A DNA stretch of 36,127 nucleotides, from the NCBI RefSeq assembly GCF_001194135.2, contig NC_068981.1, forward strand, positions 70,593,802 through 70,629,928, read 5' to 3'. This stretch comes from Octopus bimaculoides (taxonomy: Eukaryota). Positions within the stretch are counted from its first letter, which is position 1. Every line of letters starts with the position of its first letter. Shown piece after piece: positions 10,650-21,740 of this stretch. The position numbers and the translations under genes were made by a program. Below the pieces are notes generated by a model, which was not told where the DNA came from, made no database searches, and saw only the letters and a list, made by a program, of their open reading frames with translations.

Positions 10650-12679
10650 TTATTAAATGATATTTTTGTTATTTTAGATTAATGAAGAGGTATTCTGTAA
10701 TGTGTTTACATGAAAAAAACCATTTCATCCCTCGTATTTAGTAGGTGCCCTTTCATATTCATTATTTTATAGTTTTCTTAATTTTTTTGTGATGTCCTAA
10801 ATTTTTGGGGAGTCCAGTACTGTTCATTTTGCTTTGGTCTCTAAATGTAGATTCTTGTTTCACTATTTGTGATCTCATCGAATTTTGTGTGCATCCGATA
10901 TCATGGTATTTAGAGTAATCCTGTATTATGATTGTTGCATCGTATACTACATTTTTCTTTTACAATATCTGTCTAACTTACAAGCGTTTCGATCTCTACA
11001 ATTACCAGTTTTGTGCGTAGGTAATGGGGTGTTATTACTCGCCTATGTTGATTTATATGTAGTTATTACGAGTATTTACATTGTTATTTGTACCATTATG
11101 CTCTTTGTTTTTTTTTCATTTGTGTATGCTCTATGTTCAGTTTATTTTTATAGAATAGATCTGGTTTCCTATTATTAAATGAACGTATTATCCTGAAAAT
11201 TTTGGAAGAAACTGAAAATCCGAGTCTCATGTGTTTATTACTAAATATTTTTGCGTGTCTAGGTTTTTTAAAGATTTTATTATTTATCTTGCTAATAGAT
11301 TTTATAAAGTTTTTATTATTAATCTTTCTAACAGATTTTATAAAGTTTGTCTTTAACTTTTTAGCGAAAGGTATTATTATCCATGTGTTTTTATCTGGAT
11401 CTTCCTTGGTTCAGGATTGATTTGTAGTTAGAATATCATTTTTTCTCACACATCAGACTTTTTGACTATGATTTTATAATCATTATTAATTTTATTACTA
11501 TGGTTATTCTTATCGTTATTACTAATAATTGTATTCTGCTCTGGCTATTCATACTTTTCTTTTTAGTTATCTTTATGCTCTTATTCTTATTTTTCATTAT
11601 ATTGTTGTTATTTACGCAATCATTATTTTCGTGGGTTATTGTAAAAAGTGTGATTATAAGGATGATAATTTTTGTGATTTCTCTTCTTATTTTTAATTTT
11701 GGTTTTGGTATAATGCTCGATATCCTATAGTTTAATTTTTTTATTATAGTAATTGGCCTGTTTAACATGTTTGCTATATTTATGATTTGTGTTCAGCCCT
11801 TTCATTTTTTCATTGTGAGGGTAAGCTGTTTCTCTATAGGTGTCTAAGTCTCTAGTCATAATATTATTATTTATGTAATTATTTTTTTATGATTCTTAGT
11901 AGTTTTGTAGTTCTTATTTACTTAATTTCATACTTCTATTGTGCCTTCTTAAGTGTTATATTGTAATAGTCTTTGGGTGTATTAAATACTTCTTCGTTAG
12001 AAGATAGGCAATAATATGTTTCTCTCTACGCTTGTACTAAGGTCTGCTATAATATTACGTGGATTTTTGTTGTTTGGATTTATATATCTAATGTTGGGTT
12101 AGATTTATGATAACGTTGGTAAATAGAAGAATTAAAGTTGAAGTTAACGTCAAGAAAGTTTACAGTGATGTTATCTTTTTCAGTTGATATACAATGTCCT
12201 TGGTTCTTAAAAAATGTATGTAGTCTTTTTTTTTTTTGTAATTTTCCAATGTTCTATTTGAAATGTCCCTTACTAAGAATAGGGCGTCGTCCCTCTATAA
12301 CCCGCCTTCGAATTCAAGAAATTCCCCATGAATTTGCGTAGTAGATAGATGCCGACTACGTTGGTTACTTCAACAGAATCTAGCGCTACCATCGGTATAT
12401 CGAAGCAGTCTGGTGTATATTTCCTTGTCCAATAATTACCTTCATGTAATAGCACTGTTTTTCTAGCTGCAAGGATATTTTTTATTTCTTTTATAGACAA
12501 GTGAGTTCTATTCTTAGCGAAGATTAGTGCTATATTCAATAAAATTGAGTTAATAAATTTGTAATAGTCATTAATGTCTATTTGGATATATTTGCATTTT
12601 TTCTTGTTTTGAATGTTAGTAAACCAGTTAATTTTATATATGTGTTTTGGACCATAAGCTAAGTTTAATTTCGTTTTTA
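10650..12679 (-). mobile_element. Penelope-like retroelement relic (RT plus C-terminal GIY-YIG endonuclease), 5' part lost in a gap
   Basis: RT: YIQIDINDYY, FDIPMVALDSVEVTNVVGIYLL, GL*RDDAL (12281-12303), VNFLDVNFNFNSSIYQRYHKSN. Linker: NTWIIIPFAKKLKTN and GNCRDRNACKLDRYC. Endonuclease: NVVYDATI...DIGCTQN...STFR...NSTGLPK. Many stops and frameshifts. Confidence 0.88.
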
Positions 12680-12951
12680 NNNNNNNNNNNNNNNNNNNNN
12701 NNNNNNNNNNNNNNNNNNNNNNNNNNNNNNNNNNNNNNNNNNNNNNNNNNNNNNNNNNNNNNNNNNNNNNNNNNNNNNNNNNNNNNNNNNNNNNNNNNNN
12801 NNNNNNNNNNNNNNNNNNNNNNNNNNNNNNNNNNNNNNNNNNNNNNNNNNNNNNNNNNNNNNNNNNNNNNNNNNNNNNNNNNNNNNNNNNNNNNNNNNNN
12901 NNNNNNNNNNNNNNNNNNNNNNNNNNNNNNNNNNNNNNNNNNNNNNNNNNN

Positions 12952-12984
<33 letters not shown>

Positions 12985-13476
12985 GCACACACACGCGCTC
13001 ACACACATACATGTACACTTCTGAATATCCACACCTATATGGAGCTGCGTGACACCTTACTCTACGTGAAACAACGGTGAGTCACATGTGCATATTCTTA
13101 CACATTCACACCATTTTCAACATATACAATAGGCCGAATGGCAGGAGATAAAGAGATGCGGTGCTACAGATCTTAAGGGCAATATGGTTCCAACCTAAAT
13201 CACTATAGCAACATGACGCCATGATGTACTTTCAGAGAGACATTGAAACAGCAACGATAGTAGGAGTAGCAGGAAGGCAGCTATGGCACTAGTATCTCTG
13301 TCATAAATTTGAATCAGAGGCGTTGTTTATGGTATCAGTTATAAACGATTTGCTGTCTGGTAGACAGAGAACTTTGCTACTAATTTTGTAGTAAACCTTA
13401 TCCTTCAATCCTATCATTCGCACGCATTAACACCCAGTATACATTCTCAAACTTTTAAAGACGTACAACTTATATT

Positions 13477-13675
13477 TTGCTTTTACTTGTTTCAGTCATT
13501 AGAGTTCAGAATGCAGGGGTACCACACAAAAGAGTTGAACGAATCGACCACAGTAGTCGCTTTTAAAGCCTGGTACTTATTCTATCGGGTGCGTTTGCCG
13601 AACCGTTAAGATATGGAGGCATAAACACACTAGCACTAGTTGTTGATCAGTGATGGGAACTAAATCTGCCGCAAA

Positions 13676-13709
<34 letters not shown>

Positions 13710-13894
13710 CACACATACACATACATACATATATATACATACACATACGATGGGTTTCTTTCAGTTTCCACCTAACAAATCCACTCACAAGGCTTTGGTC
13801 ATTCCGTGGCAATAGTAGAAGACACTTGCTGAAGTTTCAACTGAAACATAAACCATGTGATTAAGAAGCGGGCTTCTTGCCACACAGCGACGCC
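13477..13894 (-). mobile_element. Apparently full-length family B SINE with an internal (CA)/(TA) microsatellite
   Basis: Head at 13750-13894 is the reverse complement of the 9780 head. Microsatellite at ~13678-13748. The 3' body (gccgaaccg.taag...tattctatcgg...ttacttgtttcagtcatt) at 13477-13677 is assigned to this SINE from recall of the family. Confidence 0.75.
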
Positions 13895-14394
13895 TTCACC
13901 TACAACAGACGCAGATGCTGATCGGAGACATATACAAATAGATTAATGTATATTTACTAATGTGCTGTGGTGACGCAGATATGAAACAAACTTTTAATTT
14001 GAATTAAAAGCAGCTCTGATCATGTATAAATTATCGATAACAAATACATTGTGTATGTGATTTATTTATACGTCAGCTATCTGCGGGATAACACCTTGGT
14101 AAACGTCTCTTCACGAGAATGAGCGTTAATACACTGAGGGTATAAGGTCAGGCGAGAGAACTCGACCCGAATGTGAACGATAACACCAGATATCGATATT
14201 TCACTATTGCTATAGATCCTCAGCACCATATACTCGACGCATAATTTAATGTGCACTTACAAAACTAAGTGCTACTAATAATTTCGTGCCACTGAAAAAT
14301 GATTAGAAAAAATTCTATAACGTACCGTGTGTATCCGAGCAATGTTCAAGTTCTCAGCACATGTTTTGTTCTACTTGAAAATGAGAACACAGAA

Positions 14395-14611
14395 ACATGA
14401 GAAATCACAAAGAAATTATAAGTCTAATGGTAAAATAGGATGAGAAGACAAAGGGTGAATTAAAAGAGAAGTCAGCAAAGAAAGGAAGAAATTCAGAGGT
14501 ATGTACCCTTTGACAGTCTTCTTTTCTTTTTCCGTATATATTCACCGTTTCTCTTCTCATCCATTTTAGCTTCAATTACCTGTTGTTTTTCGTCTTCGTG
14601 GTCTCTCATGT
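14395..14611. mobile_element. Fold-back (palindromic) MITE-like element
   Basis: The left half (acatgagaaatcacaaaga...taaaataggatgagaagacaaagggtgaat...aaagaaaggaaga) is an imperfect reverse complement of the right half (tcttcttttctttt...attcaccgtttctcttctcatccatttta...tcttcgtggtctctcatgt). The centre is ggta-tg-tacc at ~14500. Confidence 0.75.
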
Positions 14612-14783
14612 ATNNNNNNNNNNATCCTGAGGAATGGCACTATATAAGAATCTACATAACCACGTTTCTCAATAGCAAGAAGCTATGAGTAAATTTAATT
14701 CAGTGTATATTAAGTTATATTTACTTTTCATTCAGTGGAGTACTTTTATTTTGTTGTTAATCTCACCTTAACGGAACAGTAAA

Positions 14784-14817
<34 letters not shown>

Positions 14818-15030
14818 NNNNNNNNNNNNNNNNNNNNNNNNNNNNNNNNNNNNNNNNNNNNNNNNNNNNNNNNNNNNNNNNNNNNNNNNNNNNNNNNNNN
14901 NNNNNNNNNNNNNNNNNNNNNNNNNNNNNNNNNNNNNNNNNNNNNNNNNNNNNNNNNNNNNNNNNNNNNNNNNNNNNNNNNNNNNNNNNNNNNNNNNNNN
15001 NNNNNNNNNNNNNNNNNNNNNNNNNNNNNN

Positions 15031-15066
<36 letters not shown>

Positions 15067-15621
15067 TGTATATGCACGTGTGTATGCTTGAGTAAATTTA
15101 TCATATCAAAAGTTATATCAGAAGTATAATCTGGGTTTCGCCTCGTGCTGGGCTGTTCGTAGATATGACCCAGATTACGTTGCTCCAGGTTCTGTTTTTA
15201 TGGACTTGCTTTGGATGAATGTGTCTGCTTGGAAAGTTATAAGTGACTTTCAAGCTTAAATTAATATGAATGAATTCCCTTAGAATATTCATTGTTAAAA
15301 TGTAAGTAATTATAAGTGGATTAATACATCACTTACATCTTCTTTTGTTTAACATTATCACAATATTTCATTGTGATTGTTCACGGGAAGTTGACATATT
15401 GTACATGACGTTTGTTACTGTTCAAACGATAGGTTTTAATTGATGTTGCTAAAGGAAGAATATATTTATCTGAAGATTTATTGTTCTGGTTAAGATGAAA
15501 CATTTTAAAGTACTAAGGTCAGATTTTATTGTAACGATGATTTTTTCTTGACTAATATATTCAGACATACATATACATATATATATAAATAAACATACGC
15601 ACGTATATTCACACACATACA

Positions 15622-15667
<46 letters not shown>

Positions 15668-16461
15668 NNNNNNNNNNNNNNNNNNNNNNNNNNNNNNNNN
15701 NNNNNNNNNNNNNNNNNNNNNNNNNNNNNNNNNNNNNNNNNNNNNNNNNNNNNNNNNNNNNNNNNNNNNNNNNNNNNNNNNNNNNNNNNNNNNNNNNNNN
15801 NNNNNNNNNNNNNNNNNNNNNNNNNNNNNNNNNNNNNNNNNNNNNNNNNNNNNNNNNNNNNNNNNNNNNNNNNNNNNNNNNNNNNNNNNNNNNNNNNNNN
15901 NNNNNNNNNNNNNNNNNNNNNNNNNNNNNNNNNNNNNNNNNNNNNNNNNNNNNNNNNNNNNNNNNNNNNNNNNNNNNNNNNNNNNNNNNNNNNNNNNNNN
16001 NNNNNNNNNNNNNNNNNNNNNNNNNNNNNNNNNNNNNNNNNNNNNNNNNNNNNNNNNNNNNNNNNNNNNNNNNNNNNNNNNNNNNNNNNNNNNNNNNNNN
16101 NNNNNNNNNNNNNNNNNNNNNNNNNNNNNNNNNNNNNNNNNNNNNNNNNNNNNNNNNNNNNNNNNNNNNNNNNNNNNNNNNNNNNNNNNNNNNNNNNNNN
16201 NNNNNNNNNNNNNNNNNNNNNNNNNNNNNNNNNNNNNNNNNNNNNNNNNNNNNNNNNNNNNNNNNNNNNNNNNNNNNNNNNNNNNNNNNNNNNNNNNNNN
16301 NNNNNNNNNNNNNNNNNNNNNNNNNNNNNNNNNNNNNNNNNNNNNNNNNNNNNNNNNNNNNNNNNNNNNNNNNNNNNNNNNNNNNNNNNNNNNNNNNNNN
16401 NNNNNNNNNNNNNNNNNNNNNNNNNNNNNNNNNNNNNNNNNNNNNNNNNNNNNNNNNNNNN

Positions 16462-16492
<31 letters not shown>

Positions 16493-16610
16493 TATTATAT
16501 TGTATTATATTATATTATATTATATTATATTAGTGGAAAAGTGTAAACCGAGGCAGAACGAGTATCTCAAGTCATTTAAAATAATTTAAATAGGGTAAGG
16601 TGAATTTGAA

Positions 16611-16686
16611 GTCTTACACTCGTTTGTGGGATATCCAAAATCGTAGATTCGGATGTCCATGCATTGAGTATTTCGTCATCAGAGAC
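16611..16686 (-). ncRNA. Degenerate minimal type I hammerhead ribozyme, copy 1
   Basis: Minus strand reads gtct-CTGATGA-[imperfect stem II]-cAAAC-gagt-GTA^agac. Helix I gtct/agac is intact; G12 of GAAA is mutated to C. Confidence 0.65.
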
Positions 16687-16940
16687 AATGCAGGAATATT
16701 TCATGCGGGGAAAATTTGCAGTTTGCAAGGAATAAAATACACACTTTATGAGGAATATAATAAAAGAATAAAACAGTAACATAGAAGAATAAAGAGTAAA
16801 AGTAGTTAGAAGAATATAGGCATGAGTATAAAGTTCAGAACTCATCTTTCTCCAAAGGATATGGATGTTGGTCGGTACTTCCATGAAGGTACATGTCTTT
16901 AGTTAAAACCTCAGCTAAATCCAGGTAGTATTCATGCCTT

Positions 16941-17016
16941 GTCTCTGCTGACGGAATACCCAGTGCATGGACATGCTAACCTACGACTTGGGTTATCCCA
17001 GAAACGGCTGTAAGAC
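16941..17016 (+). ncRNA. Degenerate minimal type I hammerhead ribozyme, copy 2
   Basis: gtct-CTGcTGA-cggaatacccag...ttgggttatccca-GAAAC-ggct-GTA^agac. Helix I is intact, helix II is long and imperfect, helix III is 2 bp with a tetraloop. A6 of CUGANGA is mutated to C. Confidence 0.65.
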
Positions 17017-17237
17017 TTCAAATTCACCTTACCGTAATTAAATTATTCCAAATGACTTGCGATACTCGTTCTGCTTGGTTTTGATTTTTCCTCTAATATA
17101 ATATATACTTGCTATAACAGAACGCTAACACAAATCCCTAGGTCCAGACTAGCTGTGATCTTGGAGCATAACCGTCGACCGAGTCTAGCACTTGCCTAGC
17201 GTACCTATTCGTTTAGATCACAAGTGAACTAAACCCC

Positions 17238-17274
<37 letters not shown>

Positions 17275-18229
17275 NNNNNNNNNNNNNNNNNNNNNNNNNN
17301 NNNNNNNNNNNNNNNNNNNNNNNNNNNNNNNNNNNNNNNNNNNNNNNNNNNNNNNNNNNNNNNNNNNNNNNNNNNNNNNNNNNNNNNNNNNNNNNNNNNN
17401 NNNNNNNNNNNNNNNNNNNNNNNNNNNNNNNNNNNNNNNNNNNNNNNNNNNNNNNNNNNNNNNNNNNNNNNNNNNNNNNNNNNNNNNNNNNNNNNNNNNN
17501 NNNNNNNNNNNNNNNNNNNNNNNNNNNNNNNNNNNNNNNNNNNNNNNNNNNNNNNNNNNNNNNNNNNNNNNNNNNNNNNNNNNNNNNNNNNNNNNNNNNN
17601 NNNNNNNNNNNNNNNNNNNNNNNNNNNNNNNNNNNNNNNNNNNNNNNNNNNNNNNNNNNNNNNNNNNNNNNNNNNNNNNNNNNNNNNNNNNNNNNNNNNN
17701 NNNNNNNNNNNNNNNNNNNNNNNNNNNNNNNNNNNNNNNNNNNNNNNNNNNNNNNNNNNNNNNNNNNNNNNNNNNNNNNNNNNNNNNNNNNNNNNNNNNN
17801 NNNNNNNNNNNNNNNNNNNNNNNNNNNNNNNNNNNNNNNNNNNNNNNNNNNNNNNNNNNNNNNNNNNNNNNNNNNNNNNNNNNNNNNNNNNNNNNNNNNN
17901 NNNNNNNNNNNNNNNNNNNNNNNNNNNNNNNNNNNNNNNNNNNNNNNNNNNNNATATATAATAACTATATAATGATATATCAATAATGATATATATACTC
18001 CGGTTTAAAGCAACATTTATATATAAAAAATTCACTGAAAAATGATGAGTTAACTCACCAAGGAGTTGTGTAAACGTTGATTTGTGGGTTCGGCTCTGGC
18101 CAGGGTTGGTTTGTTAATTTTATCATCATATATTATTATATACCTATTAGTGTACTAACAGACTTCCATAGTCGCTCTATCTCTATACCTAACAAAACCT
18201 TCTGGTTTGTTTACAAATATTATATATAA

Positions 18230-18275
<46 letters not shown>

Positions 18276-18304
18276 ATATATATTTTTATACATATATTTA
18301 TATC

Positions 18305-18330
<26 letters not shown>

Positions 18331-18335
<5 letters not shown>

Positions 18336-18909
18336 ACATAAATAAATATGCGTGCATATACATGGATATATAACTGTCTGTATTATACATATTAATTTTA
18401 TACATACATATACATACTTATAAATATATATTTGCACACATACATACATNNNNNNNNNNNNNNNNNNNNNNNNNNNNNNNNNNNNNNNNNNNNNNNNNNN
18501 NNNNNNNNNNNNNNNNNNNNNNNNNNNNNNNNNNNNNNNNNNNNNNNNNNNNNNNNNNNNNNNNNNNNNNNNNNNNNNNNNNNNNNNNNNNNNNNNNNNN
18601 NNNNNNNNNNNNNNNNNNNNNNNNNNNNNNNNNNNNNNNNNNNNNNNNNNNNNNNNNNNNNNNNNNNNNNNNNNNNNNNNNNNNNNNNNNNNNNNNNNNN
18701 NNNNNNNNNNNNNNNNNNNNNNNNNNNNNNNNNNNNNNNNNNNNNNNNNNNNNNNNNNNNNNNNNNNNNNNNNNNNNNNNNNNNNNNNNNNNNNNNNNNN
18801 NNNNNNNNNNNNNNNNNNNNNNNNNNNNNNNNNNNNNNNNNNNNNNNNNNNNNNNNNNNNNNNNNNNNNNNNNNNNNNNNNNNNNNNNNNNNNNNNNNNN
18901 NNNNNNNNN

Positions 18910-18956
<47 letters not shown>

Positions 18957-19070
18957 ACATAAATAAATATGCGTGCATATACATGGATATATAACTGTCT
19001 GTATTATACATATTAATTTTATACATACATATACATACTTATAAATATATATTTGCACACATACATACAT
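18331..19070. other. Identical 119-bp segment on both sides of a gap; probable assembly artefact
   Basis: 18331..18449 equals 18952..19070; the copies differ only in flanking microsatellite length. Confidence 0.85.
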
Positions 19071-19328
19071 ACATACATACATACATACATACATACATAC
19101 TAGTTGGGATGAAATAAACAACGCACAATTTTCAGACTGCAACACACATCTCATTACCCGTCACACACTTAGTAGCGCAATGTCTTTGTTAATCTGGTTT
19201 GTGCGAATTATTACCTGAATATTTGAGATATTATACTTGTTGGCATTTCACTACCTTTCGCGCAATTTCTCAAGAGATAGTTTATTACCATTATCATCAC
19301 CATCATTATAATTTTTGTTGATGATGAT

Positions 19329-19465
19329 GGCGCTGAGATGGGAGAATCTTTAGCACGGCGGACGAAATGCCTTCCAGCGTTTCGTTTCTTCGGGCTTCAT
19401 GTTCCGAGTGCAAATTCTTCCGACATTGACTTGGCCTTTCAACTTTCGCGGTCTATATCGTACGA
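19329..19465 (+). mobile_element. Decayed family A SINE head
   Basis: ggcgctgagatgggagaatctttagcacggcggacgaaatgc...gttccgagtgcaaattc...gacttggcctttca aligns with the 1682 copy. Confidence 0.65.
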
Positions 19466-19699
19466 GTCGAAAAGTGAAGCCCATGTAATCGCCCCTCCCT
19501 CTAACCTGAAATTGCTGTCCTTCTAGCAAAATTTGAAACCCGTTATTTTTATGAAGTTACCAGGAGGTTTGGTGATAACAGGTTACTTCAAATCATAACA
19601 ACCTTTCCTATGATTCTTGCATGATATAGGATTGTAATTTTCTGCAGGTCGACAATGTGTTATCCAACTCCAACAACTTTGGGTATTTTCTTAAAGGCT

Positions 19700-20100
19700 T
19701 GGTGATTTTGAAAGACCTTAAATGTTTAGATACAGTGTTTCCCTGTGTATGTAGACAGTGTCCACTTTTGTAATTCTGACACTTTTAGGTTTCCTGGTAT
19801 ATGGCCAAAATGTTTAAGAATATTATCTATTATTATCCCCAAAGCTCTTATAGCCACAGCTACAATTGTCGTTCTTTCATGCCACCACTTTTGAAGCAAA
19901 TATTTCTAGCTACAAGTATTTACTTAATTTTTCAGACATTAACACAGAAGTGTTGCAGTCTGCTGGCATAGACATATCTATGAGAAAACAGCTCTGAGAT
20001 TCGGTTTATGCATTTATTAGTTTTGCTTTCACAGTGGGTTCTTCTGCTTCACCTCCTTGACGATCTTTAATTCGTTAACATATTTCCTTCTCTCTTGTGA
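19700..20100 (-). pseudogene. 3' fragment of an RLE-type non-LTR retrotransposon (R4/Dong-like restriction-like endonuclease domain)
   Basis: The minus translation includes HKPNL..., then KWWHERTTIVAVAIRALGIIIDNILKHFGHIPGNLKVSELQK. This resembles the RLE C-terminal W....T..IPI.VGALG.I...L.K....IPG......LQK pattern. Heavily decayed. Confidence 0.6.
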
Positions 20101-20460
20101 TACTGAGTATAGTTACTCGGTAGTTACAAACTTTCGGAGTGATGCATTGTGAGAAACATACGTATTTATTTTTATCAGTTTTACAGATACCATTGATGGG
20201 TCATTTTATGATTTCAAGGTTGTAGATAACAAAAGATGTAGCCAGAAAATTCATAGCATCAAAACTCATATTTCGTTCGCTGTTTCAGGCAGCTCTAAAT
20301 CTACAATAATTCGATTTGACTTTGCTTTCAAATAACCTAAGTGTAATTCTCCCTAATGAACAAATACATGCACACATGCTATCATGCACATACTCTCACA
20401 CACACACACACATACACATATATACATGAAAAAACATACATATATACATACACACGCACA

Positions 20461-21580
20461 CACAAAGTAAGATCTTCTGGCATCAATGCTCTTGTAGCGC
20501 TGCAACCACATCATTAAAGCTCAGGGAAGTTCTCCAAAATAAAAGTACCCAGGACCCTTCCCACGGCCTTCACCTACTCCACATAGTTTTTGAAAACAAC
20601 TGCCTCTGAGGTTCTCAGCTTGGAGAATAACCAAAAGTCACAGGAATCTAGGTCAGGAATGTAGTGAGGTGGTGTGTGACAGTTTCAATAACAATATCTC
20701 TCAAGTCGTTGGTTACCAGTATGGAATTATGAACTGGTGCATTGTTCTGGAACAGGTGCCACCACCCGAATGGAAGAGCTCTGTACTTTTGCGACGAATC
20801 TCTTTCTGAACTTCATTAACACCCCCACAAAGGACTCTTCGTTAACTAATTGACATGGAGGAGCTCAGGGGACGTAGATAATGCTCATGCTATCTAAAAC
20901 CTGGATCATCATGAGACTTCCAATGGACTTGAATTGTCTGACCTACTTAGGACTGGAGAAACCGGGATGCTTCATTGCCCACTATGTTTCTTGGTCTAAT
21001 AATCATAACAATAGATCCAGCTTTAATCGCAGGTTGCCAGACACTGAGGCACTCTCGGATTGAGGGGTTCTGAACTTAACCATCTTCCTCTTGAATACAA
21101 CATGTCTTCTCTTATGTTCATCACTGAGCACCCTGGGAAGACATTTACACGAATTTTGCGCAAGTTCAGATCTTCACAAATACTTTTGTGTACTGTAATC
21201 ACACCAACTCCAAAGTGTATGTTTATCGTGTTTATAGACTCACAACGGGCTGCCATCAAAACTGCGAATTTTCTCAAAAACCTCTAATGTTCTGACACCC
21301 CTCTATCATTTAACCCTCCCATCGCTTTTCTCTTCCTCTTTAACGGCCTTGAAACACATTTGGCAGCGAAAAATACACTAGACTCATATAGATGAATCCA
21401 TAAGCAGTCTGCAGTATTTCATGAGTTTCAGTAACGTTTGTACACAGTTTAACACAAAACTTTATTGCATAGTGAGCTTCTAACATGTCTTCACATCCCA
21501 GCTGCTTTGCGCAAATTAGTCATCGATGACAAGCAAAGTTTAGTAGAGTGTGTTCAAAACGGTGTTACAGATCTCTCCTT
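20461..21580 (-). mobile_element. mariner (DD34D-type) transposon relic
   Basis: HTH region TVHKSICEDLNLRKI, then ATCD*SWIYCYD, WWHLFQNNAPVHNSILVTN, PDLDSCDFWLFSKL, and a terminal (G)SYF at ~20465. Many frameshifts; terminal inverted repeats not resolved. Confidence 0.88.
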
Positions 21581-21589
21581 CAATATAGA

Positions 21590-21740
21590 ATCTTTTCTAC
21601 TGTAGGCACCAGGCCCGAAATCTTTGGTACTTAAATTTATTGACCCCGAAAGAATGAAAGGCAATGTCGATCTCGGCAGAATTTCAACTCAGAACGTAAA
21701 GACAGACGAAATACCGCTAAGTTTCCGTCTGCTCGCCGCT
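21590..21740 (-). mobile_element. Family A SINE, internally deleted
   Basis: gaccccgaaagaatgaaaggcaatgtcgatctcggcagaatttcaactcagaacgtaaagacagacgaaataccgctaag is the reverse complement of the 1682 head. Confidence 0.8.

Larger units (their letters stand above)
16521..17105. mobile_element. Inverted pseudo-LTR-like fold-back (two ~180-bp arms, ~225-bp spacer), probably a 5'-truncated Penelope-like insertion
   Basis: 16551-16700 is the reverse complement of 16927-17076, with 22 mismatches in 150 nt and no gaps (manual count). The match extends outward to (TAATA)n tails. Confidence 0.85.
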
